Position numbers and translations under genes: made by a program | Notes under the pieces: model-generated | The model's database searches: none | The model's input: only the letters and a program-made list of their open reading frames with translations | What the model was told of the DNA's origin: nothing | In this document: piece after piece, positions 28,009 through 36,827 of the stretch | How the letters are laid out: each line of letters opens with the position of its first letter | Numbering within the stretch: the first letter of the stretch is position 1 | Virus record (IMG/VR): IMGVR_UViG_2671180233_000001 | Location: 21,041-85,040 of that record | DNA from: a virus | Taxonomy: Duplodnaviria; Caudoviricetes | Reading direction: 5' to 3' (one strand) | DNA: 64,000 nucleotides

Positions 28009-29446
28009 GTTTGAAACGAAACTGGTTGCCCAGTTATCTGATTCGGATATTCTGCAACGTTATAATGCTGGTGATCCTATTGTTATCCAGCAAATACGCT
28101 CAATGGCAGCATATTTGTCCCTAATGTCACGTGAAATTGATATTGCTACACTTGAACCGTTCATTAAAACTCGTGATCGTTCAATCATTGCCGATGCGAG
28201 CAACAAAAATATTTTACCAACGGCTACCGCATGTCAACATCAGATGCTGATCAACAATAATGGAAACAATAGTGTTTCTTTATCACAAGGTAGGGAAATT
28301 GAAGATAACAGTGGGGGGCGGCCTTGGCGGTTACTGCAATCGGTAACAATTGCTGCTGGAGATAGTGCCACCGTTATTGCAGAGCAAAGTACATATCGAG
28401 AAGTGAGTTATACGGTTCCAATGACTGAAGTGTTTCATCAGGCAGAGATTCAATTACAAGATGATATGTCATTGTGTGTGCTTTCTATATTTGATGATGA
28501 TACACCTACCCCAAATCAATATGCATTACAGCCACGTTGGATGAATGTTGATATTGATGATTATGCCGTAAATATTGTTACAGATAGTCTAAGACGATTA
28601 TTTGTTCAATTTGGAGATAGTGAACGTGCTGGCCGTACTGCCAAAATTGGTGAAGTATTTACTTTTGGAATTACAGAAACTTATGGATATGTCGATACAT
28701 CAAGACTTAAAGATGCATCTTTGGTAGATATAAATAATAATGCTGAACAAAAACTGACAATAAAGTTTATTTCAGGTGGTGTTATTCGTGCTGGGTCAGA
28801 TCCCCTCAATATCAATCAATTACGTGTTTTGTCGAGTTATCCCTCACTTTATGATGAAAATGCTGTGTATTTAGGAAATTTTGATTATTTAGTGCGTAAG
28901 AAATTCATGTCTCGTTGTCATTTTATTAGTGTTTGGAATGAAAATTTACAGGACCGATATTATGGTGCAACTTATCAAGATATCAATCATTTACATGTTG
29001 CTGTTGTCGCGCAAAATCAAGATGAACAGAGCAGTATCATAGCCGAGATCAGCCAACTAATAGGCCATGCTGATAATTTGTATCAGGATCGGGTGATTAC
29101 TGAAACAGTCGAAGAAAAGAAATATGCACTGACAATTTCCGGTCAATTAGCAGCAGTACATGATATTGATAGTGTTACAGCACAGATTAAGGCGCTTTTG
29201 GTAGAAAAGTATGGTCGCACGACATTATCTGCAAGCCGCTGGCTGGTGAATGGCTTCAATAAACAAGAAATTTCCACGTTATTACGGAACAATATTTCCG
29301 CATTTCAAGATCGTATCAGTGATTTTTCACTTATCGCTTCTTCAGACAGTGTATTACCACATCAGTGGTTATATATGAGTGCTGAAAGTATCAATATTAA
29401 TCTTGAACGAACAGCAGACAGCATAGGAACTTCATGGATATTGTAA
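27992..29446 (+). CDS. Baseplate J-like protein (P1 BplA-like)
   Basis: VQFGD..RAG, GG...AGSDP....LR and AVYLGNF motifs. Confidence 0.75.
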   Translation: MLTQAEFETKLVAQLSDSDILQRYNAGDPIVIQQIRSMAAYLSLMSREIDIATLEPFIKTRDRSIIADASNKNILPTATACQHQMLINNNGNNSVSLSQGREIEDNSGGRPWRLLQSVTIAAGDSATVIAEQSTYREVSYTVPMTEVFHQAEIQLQDDMSLCVLSIFDDDTPTPNQYALQPRWMNVDIDDYAVNIVTDSLRRLFVQFGDSERAGRTAKIGEVFTFGITETYGYVDTSRLKDASLVDINNNAEQKLTIKFISGGVIRAGSDPLNINQLRVLSSYPSLYDENAVYLGNFDYLVRKKFMSRCHFISVWNENLQDRYYGATYQDINHLHVAVVAQNQDEQSSIIAEISQLIGHADNLYQDRVITETVEEKKYALTISGQLAAVHDIDSVTAQIKALLVEKYGRTTLSASRWLVNGFNKQEISTLLRNNISAFQDRISDFSLIASSDSVLPHQWLYMSAESININLERTADSIGTSWIL

Positions 29447-31473
29447 GTTTTACTCAACCCATCCAGCAATCTTTTGCTCAAGATGGACTTGAAACTGATT
29501 TGGTCTCAGCATTTATTGCTGTAATGGCAAATGAAATCCATGCTGATTTTCAGGATTTGGTTGATTATGGCTGTCCACATATTGGTAGTGCCCGAGTTGT
29601 TGAACGTTTCACTAAACAAGATGGTCTGGTTGTATTAAGGCGTTCAGATTCATCAGACAAGATTATGCAGGTTATTTTTGCAACATGGCAAAGTCTTGGC
29701 AGTGAGCGCGGTCTTAATTTTTTAGAATTTGTCTTAAAAATGCTTTGGGCAAATAATTGGACTATAAAAAGGCTTTGGCATAAAACGGACCAAATAGAAA
29801 ATTATCCACGTTTTTTATCAGAAATTAAGCAAAATCATCATTTCCTAACAAGTCGAATTAACCTTGAAATTGGTGAAAATGTTGATTTATCTGAAATTGT
29901 AGAGCTATCTCCAGCTGTCAGAAAACTTGTGCCGGCAAATATTGTGCTTAAAGTGATTGCCAAAGCTCTTAATAAAGATTTGGGTGAATCTCAAATTGGT
30001 GTCGCCTGTGTAGCAAAAACCTACAACTTTGTCAGAATTGGCGTTGAATATGATCGCTATAGCGGCTTTGCACCACCTTATTTACTGAATTTGCAAAAAA
30101 TTGACGAGAAAATTATCTGTAGTTGGCAAAGTGATGATGTTGTGACAGGATTTCACATCTATCGTTGTGAAGAAAGCTTGTTGAATCTAAGCTTGAATTC
30201 TATCGCTGAAAAATCCTTTACAGTATCAGAATATCAACAATATTTTATTGATCTTTATCAGAATTTCACACCAGATTTATTAGCAAAAAATAGTGGATTC
30301 ATCTTTTCTTTAAATCAAGTGATGAATGATGAAGGTATGCTATTTATAAGTGCTACAGTAGCGTTAAACAAATCAATTCATGCCACACTCTACAACTACA
30401 GCACCGGTGCAAATACATCAATTGCCCTTGTTGATATAGTTTCGATTATTATCAATCGTTGGCAATCAGCCAAAGCCTACGATCTAGTGAACTTTAAGGG
30501 GTTAAATGCTCTTAGTAATATCTTATCGAATAATGCTTGGTCTATTTCTAATACGGGGAATGCCTATTATTCAGAACTTAACCCAGATTACTATGAAAGT
30601 TCATATGTAATTGATGGCAAAGCTTATAGCTTCCAAAGTTTTGATAATGCAGCAGCGACATATTATTCGCAGATTATTCAGGCAAATGCTACGGATGAAG
30701 ATGACTATGGTTATTTTGATTCAATTTCTCATAGCTGTAATATCCTGGATAAAAACTGTGAAGTAACAATTCACTATTTGAGTAAATCAGATAATACAAC
30801 AATAAAAACCATAACTATTGATGTAGTTAGGATAGACAATCCAAATCATTTTGCATATTTGTATCAATATGAAGACGTAATTTATAGTTATCGTGATTTT
30901 AACGAAGCTGCTCAAAACTATTATGAAAATGAACTTTTGGCCAATAGTGCTGAAAGCGATGATTACGGTGAATTTCAGTCAGCTTCTCATAGTTGTGGTA
31001 TCACGGATGCAAGTTGTGAAGTGTTGGTGACTTATTTGAGTAAAATTGATGGCACTGAAAAGACACTAACTATCAATTTAAATTGTATTGATAATCCTGA
31101 TTATGTCTCCGATCCTGATGCGTATCGACAAATTACGGTCAGTAATGAGGAGGTGACAACTTTTGTAGAGGATTATCTGCTTAATAATCTTTCGGATGAG
31201 GCGAGTCAATCTTTTATTCAACAAGCCGCTGCATATGATGAAATATATGAAAATAATGATCTGGCATTGATCTGGTCACAAGCTTTATTGAATGTACTTA
31301 CTGATCGTACCTATCAGCTTTCTCCATATCCGATTTTGAAATTAACCACTGATCAGTTGAATTATGCAGATGATTTTGTATTACAACATGATCAACGCTA
31401 TTTTTATCGGATTAGTGCCTACACTTCTACAAAAGAGAAATTGGCCGTTTCTGAGGAAAGTATAGTTTTTTAG
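29434..31473 (+). CDS. Baseplate wedge protein with large acidic C-terminal extension
   Basis: SERGLNFLEFVL..LW and VPANIV wedge motifs; internal 86-aa tandem repeat. Confidence 0.65.
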   Translation: MDIVSFTQPIQQSFAQDGLETDLVSAFIAVMANEIHADFQDLVDYGCPHIGSARVVERFTKQDGLVVLRRSDSSDKIMQVIFATWQSLGSERGLNFLEFVLKMLWANNWTIKRLWHKTDQIENYPRFLSEIKQNHHFLTSRINLEIGENVDLSEIVELSPAVRKLVPANIVLKVIAKALNKDLGESQIGVACVAKTYNFVRIGVEYDRYSGFAPPYLLNLQKIDEKIICSWQSDDVVTGFHIYRCEESLLNLSLNSIAEKSFTVSEYQQYFIDLYQNFTPDLLAKNSGFIFSLNQVMNDEGMLFISATVALNKSIHATLYNYSTGANTSIALVDIVSIIINRWQSAKAYDLVNFKGLNALSNILSNNAWSISNTGNAYYSELNPDYYESSYVIDGKAYSFQSFDNAAATYYSQIIQANATDEDDYGYFDSISHSCNILDKNCEVTIHYLSKSDNTTIKTITIDVVRIDNPNHFAYLYQYEDVIYSYRDFNEAAQNYYENELLANSAESDDYGEFQSASHSCGITDASCEVLVTYLSKIDGTEKTLTINLNCIDNPDYVSDPDAYRQITVSNEEVTTFVEDYLLNNLSDEASQSFIQQAAAYDEIYENNDLALIWSQALLNVLTDRTYQLSPYPILKLTTDQLNYADDFVLQHDQRYFYRISAYTSTKEKLAVSEESIVF

Positions 31474-31475
31474 AT

Positions 31476-31516
31476 TGGAACCTTGCGCAATGTACCTCTA
31501 AAGCATATTGCAAACT
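31476..31516 (+). promoter_or_regulatory. Putative phage late promoter
   Basis: TGGAAC-N29-CAAACT. Confidence 0.72.
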
Positions 31517-31547
31517 AGCACTATGAAATAATTATGAGTTCAGAACA

Positions 31548-32204
31548 ATGCGTCAGACCAATCCAGTTTTATTGTCTCAACTACGCCAAGATTATGAGTC
31601 TATTCAAGCGATAGGTGCGCCTTTACTCGCTTCACAAGGAATGTTGGTTTTTGAAGATAGTAGTATTTCATTGATGCGATATCACATCAAATCATCAATG
31701 CGTCCAATTGTCAGCAATGGTGATCCAGCAGAGGTGCAGTATGCTGGTGGACTTACTGGTATTGTTGCCGGTGTGCCCAATACAAAATATACCGGTAATA
31801 TTCAGATTATCGCAACTGAGTCAGGCTATGAACAGGAACTTGCTGAATATGTAGTAAATACACTTGGCGGGATCATTGAACAAGCCACCTATTATGATGG
31901 TCGTATGGACAGCTATACTCGTGCATATAGTCTTCATAATTTAGCTTTGCGGTTTGAACCAGGTGAATTTGATTCCGAAAGCCGCTCGCAAGTTATGACT
32001 ATATCTTGTCCTTGTGATTATAACTATTTTGGACTATATGCTGATATTGGAAGTAATGGTACTGTGTCTGTGGGGCAAAAAACTGCTGCTGCCACAAGTT
32101 TCTCAAATACTGTTCAATCAACAATCAGAGCAACTCAGGCTGCTTTATCATCTGTCGGTCAAATTGCTAATGCAGCCAATACATTAGGTTCATTATTTGG
32201 GTAG
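31548..32204 (+). CDS. Tail tube protein (P1 BplB-like)
   Basis: Size and pattern G..L..S...L.F...P......V....G......G....G.I resemble P1-type tube proteins. Confidence 0.6.
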   Translation: MRQTNPVLLSQLRQDYESIQAIGAPLLASQGMLVFEDSSISLMRYHIKSSMRPIVSNGDPAEVQYAGGLTGIVAGVPNTKYTGNIQIIATESGYEQELAEYVVNTLGGIIEQATYYDGRMDSYTRAYSLHNLALRFEPGEFDSESRSQVMTISCPCDYNYFGLYADIGSNGTVSVGQKTAAATSFSNTVQSTIRATQAALSSVGQIANAANTLGSLFG

Positions 32205-32210
32205 CTCAAT

Positions 32211-32672
32211 ATGACTTTTAATTTGCAGCCAGACGATGAAAATACAGCGCGCCCGGTTTACCTCAGAGTAGATGCGGGTACGATTGAAACTTTAGCAACT
32301 CAGTTGCATGATGAATTATCCGGTGCCGGGTATTCTCTACTAATTGATGATGTAATCAATATTGCGCTTATGGAGGCGCAATATTATTCCGCTTGGGCAG
32401 TACTGGAAGCCCAGCGTAACGCCACGATGATCATTCCCTTTGATAAAAATATCACTCTAGAAGCTTACGAGTGGGCAGTAATTGATCCTGTATTACGTGC
32501 GCATTGTGATCTGGTTCAATCACGATTGGTCGAAGGATCTCGGTCGCTTGGTGGTGATGGTTTTGGTCTATCTGTCAGTGAAGCCAATCAAATTTATTTG
32601 GAGGCACGTAAGACTATGCAACTGGAAGCATTTGTTGAACCGCCTTTTTCTTATAAAACTATGAGTGAGTAA
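32211..32672 (+). CDS. Hypothetical virion protein
   Basis: 153-aa ORF in the tail operon. Confidence 0.5.
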   Translation: MTFNLQPDDENTARPVYLRVDAGTIETLATQLHDELSGAGYSLLIDDVINIALMEAQYYSAWAVLEAQRNATMIIPFDKNITLEAYEWAVIDPVLRAHCDLVQSRLVEGSRSLGGDGFGLSVSEANQIYLEARKTMQLEAFVEPPFSYKTMSE

Positions 32673-32674
32673 AG

Positions 32675-33565
32675 ATGCAGATTACATTGTTGAATGAAAA
32701 TTTAACGATTTCAGCATCTGATCTATTAAATGCTACGTTACGCACTGATCTTGTGCCTGTGCCAGTAAGTCTAGAATTTACGGTACAGGACACTGAACAG
32801 TTATCCGCTGCATTGGTTTTGGATGCTCAGTTGAGCATTGGTGATTTTGGTGTAATGCTGAATATCATCAAAGTTGCTCCACTAAAGACACAATTGGTCA
32901 AAAATGGCCGTCGGATTGGTGGCATTGCCTGTGTTGCAATTCCTGTAGGTTGCAATCGGCTAATTCAAGCAGCAAACAATGCGGTTATATTAGAGCAAAC
33001 TTCTTTTAATTCAGCATACCGGGCATGTGGTGCAAAAATTGGACTTGGATCTGATTTGCCTCTGCCTGAATTTATTTGCCTCAAAGGATCCCTACCTACT
33101 CAACGAATTGCCTTATATATGCAACAAGAAGCAGCAGTCATTGGGTACCAGAATAAAAAAATTTGTGCATTAAAGATTGATGCACTGTTTAAACAAGAGG
33201 CTAAACAAAAAATTGATCCAAGTGCAGTTACTTGGATCCATAGTGATCGATTGGCAAATATTGAAAAAGCATCATATGTTTCGGTAGATGATGATGGCAG
33301 CACTGTACTTGGAGAAGATACAACATCTGATCAAAAGATCATTCAAAGGGCGAGATTGAGTAGCCGTCAGCTGAAAAATTTAAATAAGGTATTGATTCAG
33401 CGAGGTACAATAATGCGACCATTAATGACTGATCTCAATGCCGGAGATTTAATCAATATTGATAGTAAAAATTATGTGATAGTTACAGCTGCACATCTGA
33501 TTAATACCGGTTCACTTGGTGGAGCATCCGCTATGGCCAGTAAATTTTGGATTGCATCACTTTAA
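32675..33565 (+). CDS. Baseplate hub protein (P1 gp6-like)
   Basis: LRTDLVPVPVSLEF N-terminus; located near the spike gene. Confidence 0.55.
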   Translation: MQITLLNENLTISASDLLNATLRTDLVPVPVSLEFTVQDTEQLSAALVLDAQLSIGDFGVMLNIIKVAPLKTQLVKNGRRIGGIACVAIPVGCNRLIQAANNAVILEQTSFNSAYRACGAKIGLGSDLPLPEFICLKGSLPTQRIALYMQQEAAVIGYQNKKICALKIDALFKQEAKQKIDPSAVTWIHSDRLANIEKASYVSVDDDGSTVLGEDTTSDQKIIQRARLSSRQLKNLNKVLIQRGTIMRPLMTDLNAGDLINIDSKNYVIVTAAHLINTGSLGGASAMASKFWIASL

Positions 33566-33569
33566 TTAA

Positions 33570-33610
33570 TGGAACTCTCAATAAAAGGTATATAACAAAT
33601 CAATCAAAAT
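33570..33610 (+). promoter_or_regulatory. Putative phage late promoter
   Basis: TGGAAC-N29-CAAAAT. Confidence 0.75.
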
Positions 33611-33643
33611 AGGATTAATAAATCATTTTTTGGTAGTTAGAAC

Positions 33644-33904
33644 ATGATCCGGACAAAAGTATTAGGTGAAGCGGCAGGAATTCAGTGGTCAGGCTTACAG
33701 GATCGGACTGAAACAAATAGCGTGACAGGCTTAGGTGCACCATTAATTGTCGGTCAATTCCGCCGTGGTCGTATCGATAAGCCAATAACAATTACAAACG
33801 GCAATATTAAGGCCGAGCTAGGCTATGACCCGACCAACAAAGACTATATCGCCGTGCAATCTATGCTTGATACCGGAGTGCCTAGTGTGCAGGTGTTACG
33901 GATT
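33644..33904 (+). repeat. 261-bp direct repeat, copy 1 (copy 2 at 36828-37088)
   Basis: Near-identical DNA, mostly synonymous differences; 2 amino-acid changes in 87. Confidence 0.95.
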
Positions 33905-33919
33905 GGAAACCACAATTAG
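33644..33919 (+). CDS. Stand-alone tail sheath N-terminal module
   Basis: LG.A.GI....D...LIVGQFRRG..KP..IT..N....LG...VLRI resembles the N-terminus of P1-type sheath proteins. Confidence 0.65.
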   Translation: MIRTKVLGEAAGIQWSGLQDRTETNSVTGLGAPLIVGQFRRGRIDKPITITNGNIKAELGYDPTNKDYIAVQSMLDTGVPSVQVLRIGNHN

Positions 33920-33921
33920 TT

Positions 33922-34437
33922 ATGTTGCAATCCCTTTTTAGACGAGCAAAAATGCTCAGCTATGATGCATCAAACCGTACAGCGAAAGTGCATATCTTTG
34001 GTTTAACTGATGGTGCTAGTGAGGGTTTGACGGCAACTTTTGCGTATCCGGTTGGTGATGATGATCGAGATACGGAACGGCAAATTGTTTTGCAAAATGA
34101 TGTTTATGTTTTCTTTGAGGGTGGTGACGAAGCCCGACCAGTTATAGCATTTTACAGTAGCCATGGTTCGGGAAACACCACTGATATTCGACGGATACGG
34201 CAGAAAAATATTGAACTTTTAGCGACTGCCAAGGTGGCAATTGCGGCACCTGAAATCTATTTAACAGGCCATGTCATTATTGATGGAGATATTACCCACA
34301 CTGGTAATCAGACCACTATTGGAACTATTACGGCAACTGTTGATATGGTCGCAGATGGTGTTTCAACTGTAAGCCATGATCATAGTGGTGTAGAGCGAGG
34401 ATCTGGTGATACCAATAAACCCAATAAGTCTAATTAA
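33922..34437 (+). CDS. Baseplate central spike (gpV / P1 gp5-like)
   Basis: OB-fold VYVFFEGGD..RPVI; C-terminal HDHSGV..G..T metal-binding tip. Confidence 0.85.
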   Translation: MLQSLFRRAKMLSYDASNRTAKVHIFGLTDGASEGLTATFAYPVGDDDRDTERQIVLQNDVYVFFEGGDEARPVIAFYSSHGSGNTTDIRRIRQKNIELLATAKVAIAAPEIYLTGHVIIDGDITHTGNQTTIGTITATVDMVADGVSTVSHDHSGVERGSGDTNKPNKSN

Positions 34438-34443
34438 TCGTAT

Positions 34444-34484
34444 TGGAACAACTCAAAAATTGTACAATAAGTCTAAGCCAAAAT
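34444..34484 (+). promoter_or_regulatory. Putative phage late promoter
   Basis: TGGAAC-N29-CAAAAT. Confidence 0.75.
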
Positions 34485-34501
34485 AACCATTAATTGGTTT
34501 T

Positions 34502-36127
34502 TTGGCTTTTTTTATGGCAGCGCAGGATATTTTAGCGATTTTACTGGGTGCTGATTCAAGCGGCATGTCCAACCTTCAACAAAATGAATTAAGTAATGCA
34601 AGTCAAGAATCTATGGCTCGTATTCAAGATTCACTAAATCCATTTTCGCTTGGAACTTTTGAAACTAAAGACAATAAAAAACGCACTCGCATGGAGATCT
34701 ATAGCAAATGGGAGAAAATGCTTAGATTTGCACCTATTTCGGAAGCAATGGGGATCCACGTTACAGCTGCTTTAGGTGGTGATGCAACGACCAGTCAACA
34801 GGTTTTTATCACACCGGCCCAACGTTTACGGGGAGGTGGGGGCACAATCAATAAAGCTCAATTGGAAAAATTAGAAAAACGTATAAAGCCCATGGAAAAG
34901 CTGATTAACAAACATATTGTTAAAATATGCCGGGATGCAATAGGATTTGGCGATGGTTACACACGAGTTTACGGTACCAAAGGCATGGGTATTGTTGATC
35001 TAATGGCTAATGAATTCACCTATCCACCACTTATTCAAGCCTATGAACAGGTCAATAAAACTGTAGCGTACCAGGCATTAGATTATAAAAATTGGCAAAA
35101 AGTTGTCTCAAAATTAAATATGATCCAGATGCTTCGTTTGAAAATGCCTCGAATTTCTCATGTGCCACAATACCATGCATCAGATAGTTTTTTTAATATC
35201 AAGACATTACAAGTTGATAATATTAATGAAGCACCTATTGTACCAGCGCCAGTAGGCGGCTCATATTGTGCTGATGTAGAACCATTTTACGATAATATTA
35301 TATTGGCATTATCGACAATGAACAGTCAGCAGATCGCAGATGCTGTGAATCAGGTTTTTTTGTCGGTTAATATGTCTGCAATGCCACCGGCACAACGTGA
35401 TGCATATAAAAATGGCCTTAATACCATGATGCGTGACCATGAGAAGTTCGTGCGTGATGCATTAGAGGGTGGCGATTCAATCTGGAATACAAAATATCAT
35501 TTTCTACCTACAAATAATGAGAAACAAATTTTAAATACATTGGGTGATTTAAAGGGACAACGTACATCACCGATCAATACTGAAACTTTAATGATTAATA
35601 TTCGCCTGCTGATGGGTGGACTTGGCCTTGATCCATCCATGGTAGGCTGGGCAGATATGCTGGCTGGTGGTTTAGGTGATGGTTCTGCATTTCATACATC
35701 AGCACAAATTATGCGCCGTTCGATGATGCAACGTCAGGCAACTATGGATTTTGTAAATCAGATTTTAGCTTTGGACTGGGGATATGCTTACAATGAAGAG
35801 TTCAATGAAACTAACGATTATCCATGGAAGATTGAATATTACAGTGATCAATCTGCGGCAATGACCGAAGCAATTACAAATCAACAGCAGCGAATGAATA
35901 ATTTGATGCTTAAAGCTCAAGCAATTGCATCATTAAAAGACTTGGGCCTAAGTGAAGAAACGATCACTCGTCTTTTAGAGCGTGACGGTGGCATGGATTA
36001 CGATGAAGCTATTAAATTGGCAAAAGATTTAGTACAGCAGAGAGAACAGGAACAACTCGCTGGTAGTAATAATTCAGATGATCTTCCGACTGATGATCAA
36101 AATATTGAAGAAGAGGAAGGTATTTGA
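34502..36127 (+). CDS. Portal protein (P1 Prt-like)
   Basis: 541 aa; FGDGY.RVYG and LGLDPSMVGWADMLAGGLGDG..F.TS motifs; acidic tail. Confidence 0.75.
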   Translation: MAFFMAAQDILAILLGADSSGMSNLQQNELSNASQESMARIQDSLNPFSLGTFETKDNKKRTRMEIYSKWEKMLRFAPISEAMGIHVTAALGGDATTSQQVFITPAQRLRGGGGTINKAQLEKLEKRIKPMEKLINKHIVKICRDAIGFGDGYTRVYGTKGMGIVDLMANEFTYPPLIQAYEQVNKTVAYQALDYKNWQKVVSKLNMIQMLRLKMPRISHVPQYHASDSFFNIKTLQVDNINEAPIVPAPVGGSYCADVEPFYDNIILALSTMNSQQIADAVNQVFLSVNMSAMPPAQRDAYKNGLNTMMRDHEKFVRDALEGGDSIWNTKYHFLPTNNEKQILNTLGDLKGQRTSPINTETLMINIRLLMGGLGLDPSMVGWADMLAGGLGDGSAFHTSAQIMRRSMMQRQATMDFVNQILALDWGYAYNEEFNETNDYPWKIEYYSDQSAAMTEAITNQQQRMNNLMLKAQAIASLKDLGLSEETITRLLERDGGMDYDEAIKLAKDLVQQREQEQLAGSNNSDDLPTDDQNIEEEEGI

Positions 36128-36756
36128 TGGCTTCCAATCAAGGCACATTAGAAACAATTGTAGTTACAGCTACAGATGAAAATCCAGGTCCATGGGTAGG
36201 AAGGACTGCCAAAGATGCTTATGCGCTTTACAATGCTATATATGCACTTGGTACAATATCAACAGCACATTTTGGGGTGGAATTTTCGCCGTTATTTAAT
36301 GATGGTAAGATTGCAAATTTAGATTTGGCCCTTTTTGATAATTCTACTTACAAAATACCATTTTTAGCCCAAAACGTTGAAGCGTCTTTAATTGATGCAG
36401 ATACAGACAGTATTAAGGTTGGTGCATTTAACCTAAATCATATAACGGGTAATGCTTCAAATGAGGTGCAAATATCTTTTATTGAAACTAAAAATGGTGA
36501 TATTTCAGAAAGCTTTCGGTTAATAAAAAACTGTACATTTAATGATGATGGCACCCAATTCCCACCAAAAGATTATTTGATGAGAGTGCAAATATATAGT
36601 TTTGATAGAAATGATTATAATTTCAGAGCAATTGAACAAGCTTATATCGTCGCACTACAAGCCGCGAGTGTGCCATTTGATGCAACAAACTTAAATGGTG
36701 TGTTAGTCGTACCTGTCACATTTACCAAAATGTTTCCTATGCTAGTCAATTTATAA
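36127..36756 (+). CDS. Tail tube-like / tube initiator protein
   Basis: VQISFIETKNG.I...DGT..PPKDY motif. Confidence 0.5.
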   Translation: MASNQGTLETIVVTATDENPGPWVGRTAKDAYALYNAIYALGTISTAHFGVEFSPLFNDGKIANLDLALFDNSTYKIPFLAQNVEASLIDADTDSIKVGAFNLNHITGNASNEVQISFIETKNGDISESFRLIKNCTFNDDGTQFPPKDYLMRVQIYSFDRNDYNFRAIEQAYIVALQAASVPFDATNLNGVLVVPVTFTKMFPMLVNL

Positions 36757-36758
36757 AA

Positions 36759-36800
36759 TGGAACCCAGCTAAAAACACAATTATTAAATCTTAAATAATA
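36759..36800 (+). promoter_or_regulatory. Putative phage late promoter (N30 variant)
   Basis: TGGAAC-N30-AATAAT. Confidence 0.6.
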
Positions 36801-36827
36801 TGTCTATGAACAATTTAGGCATTTTTT

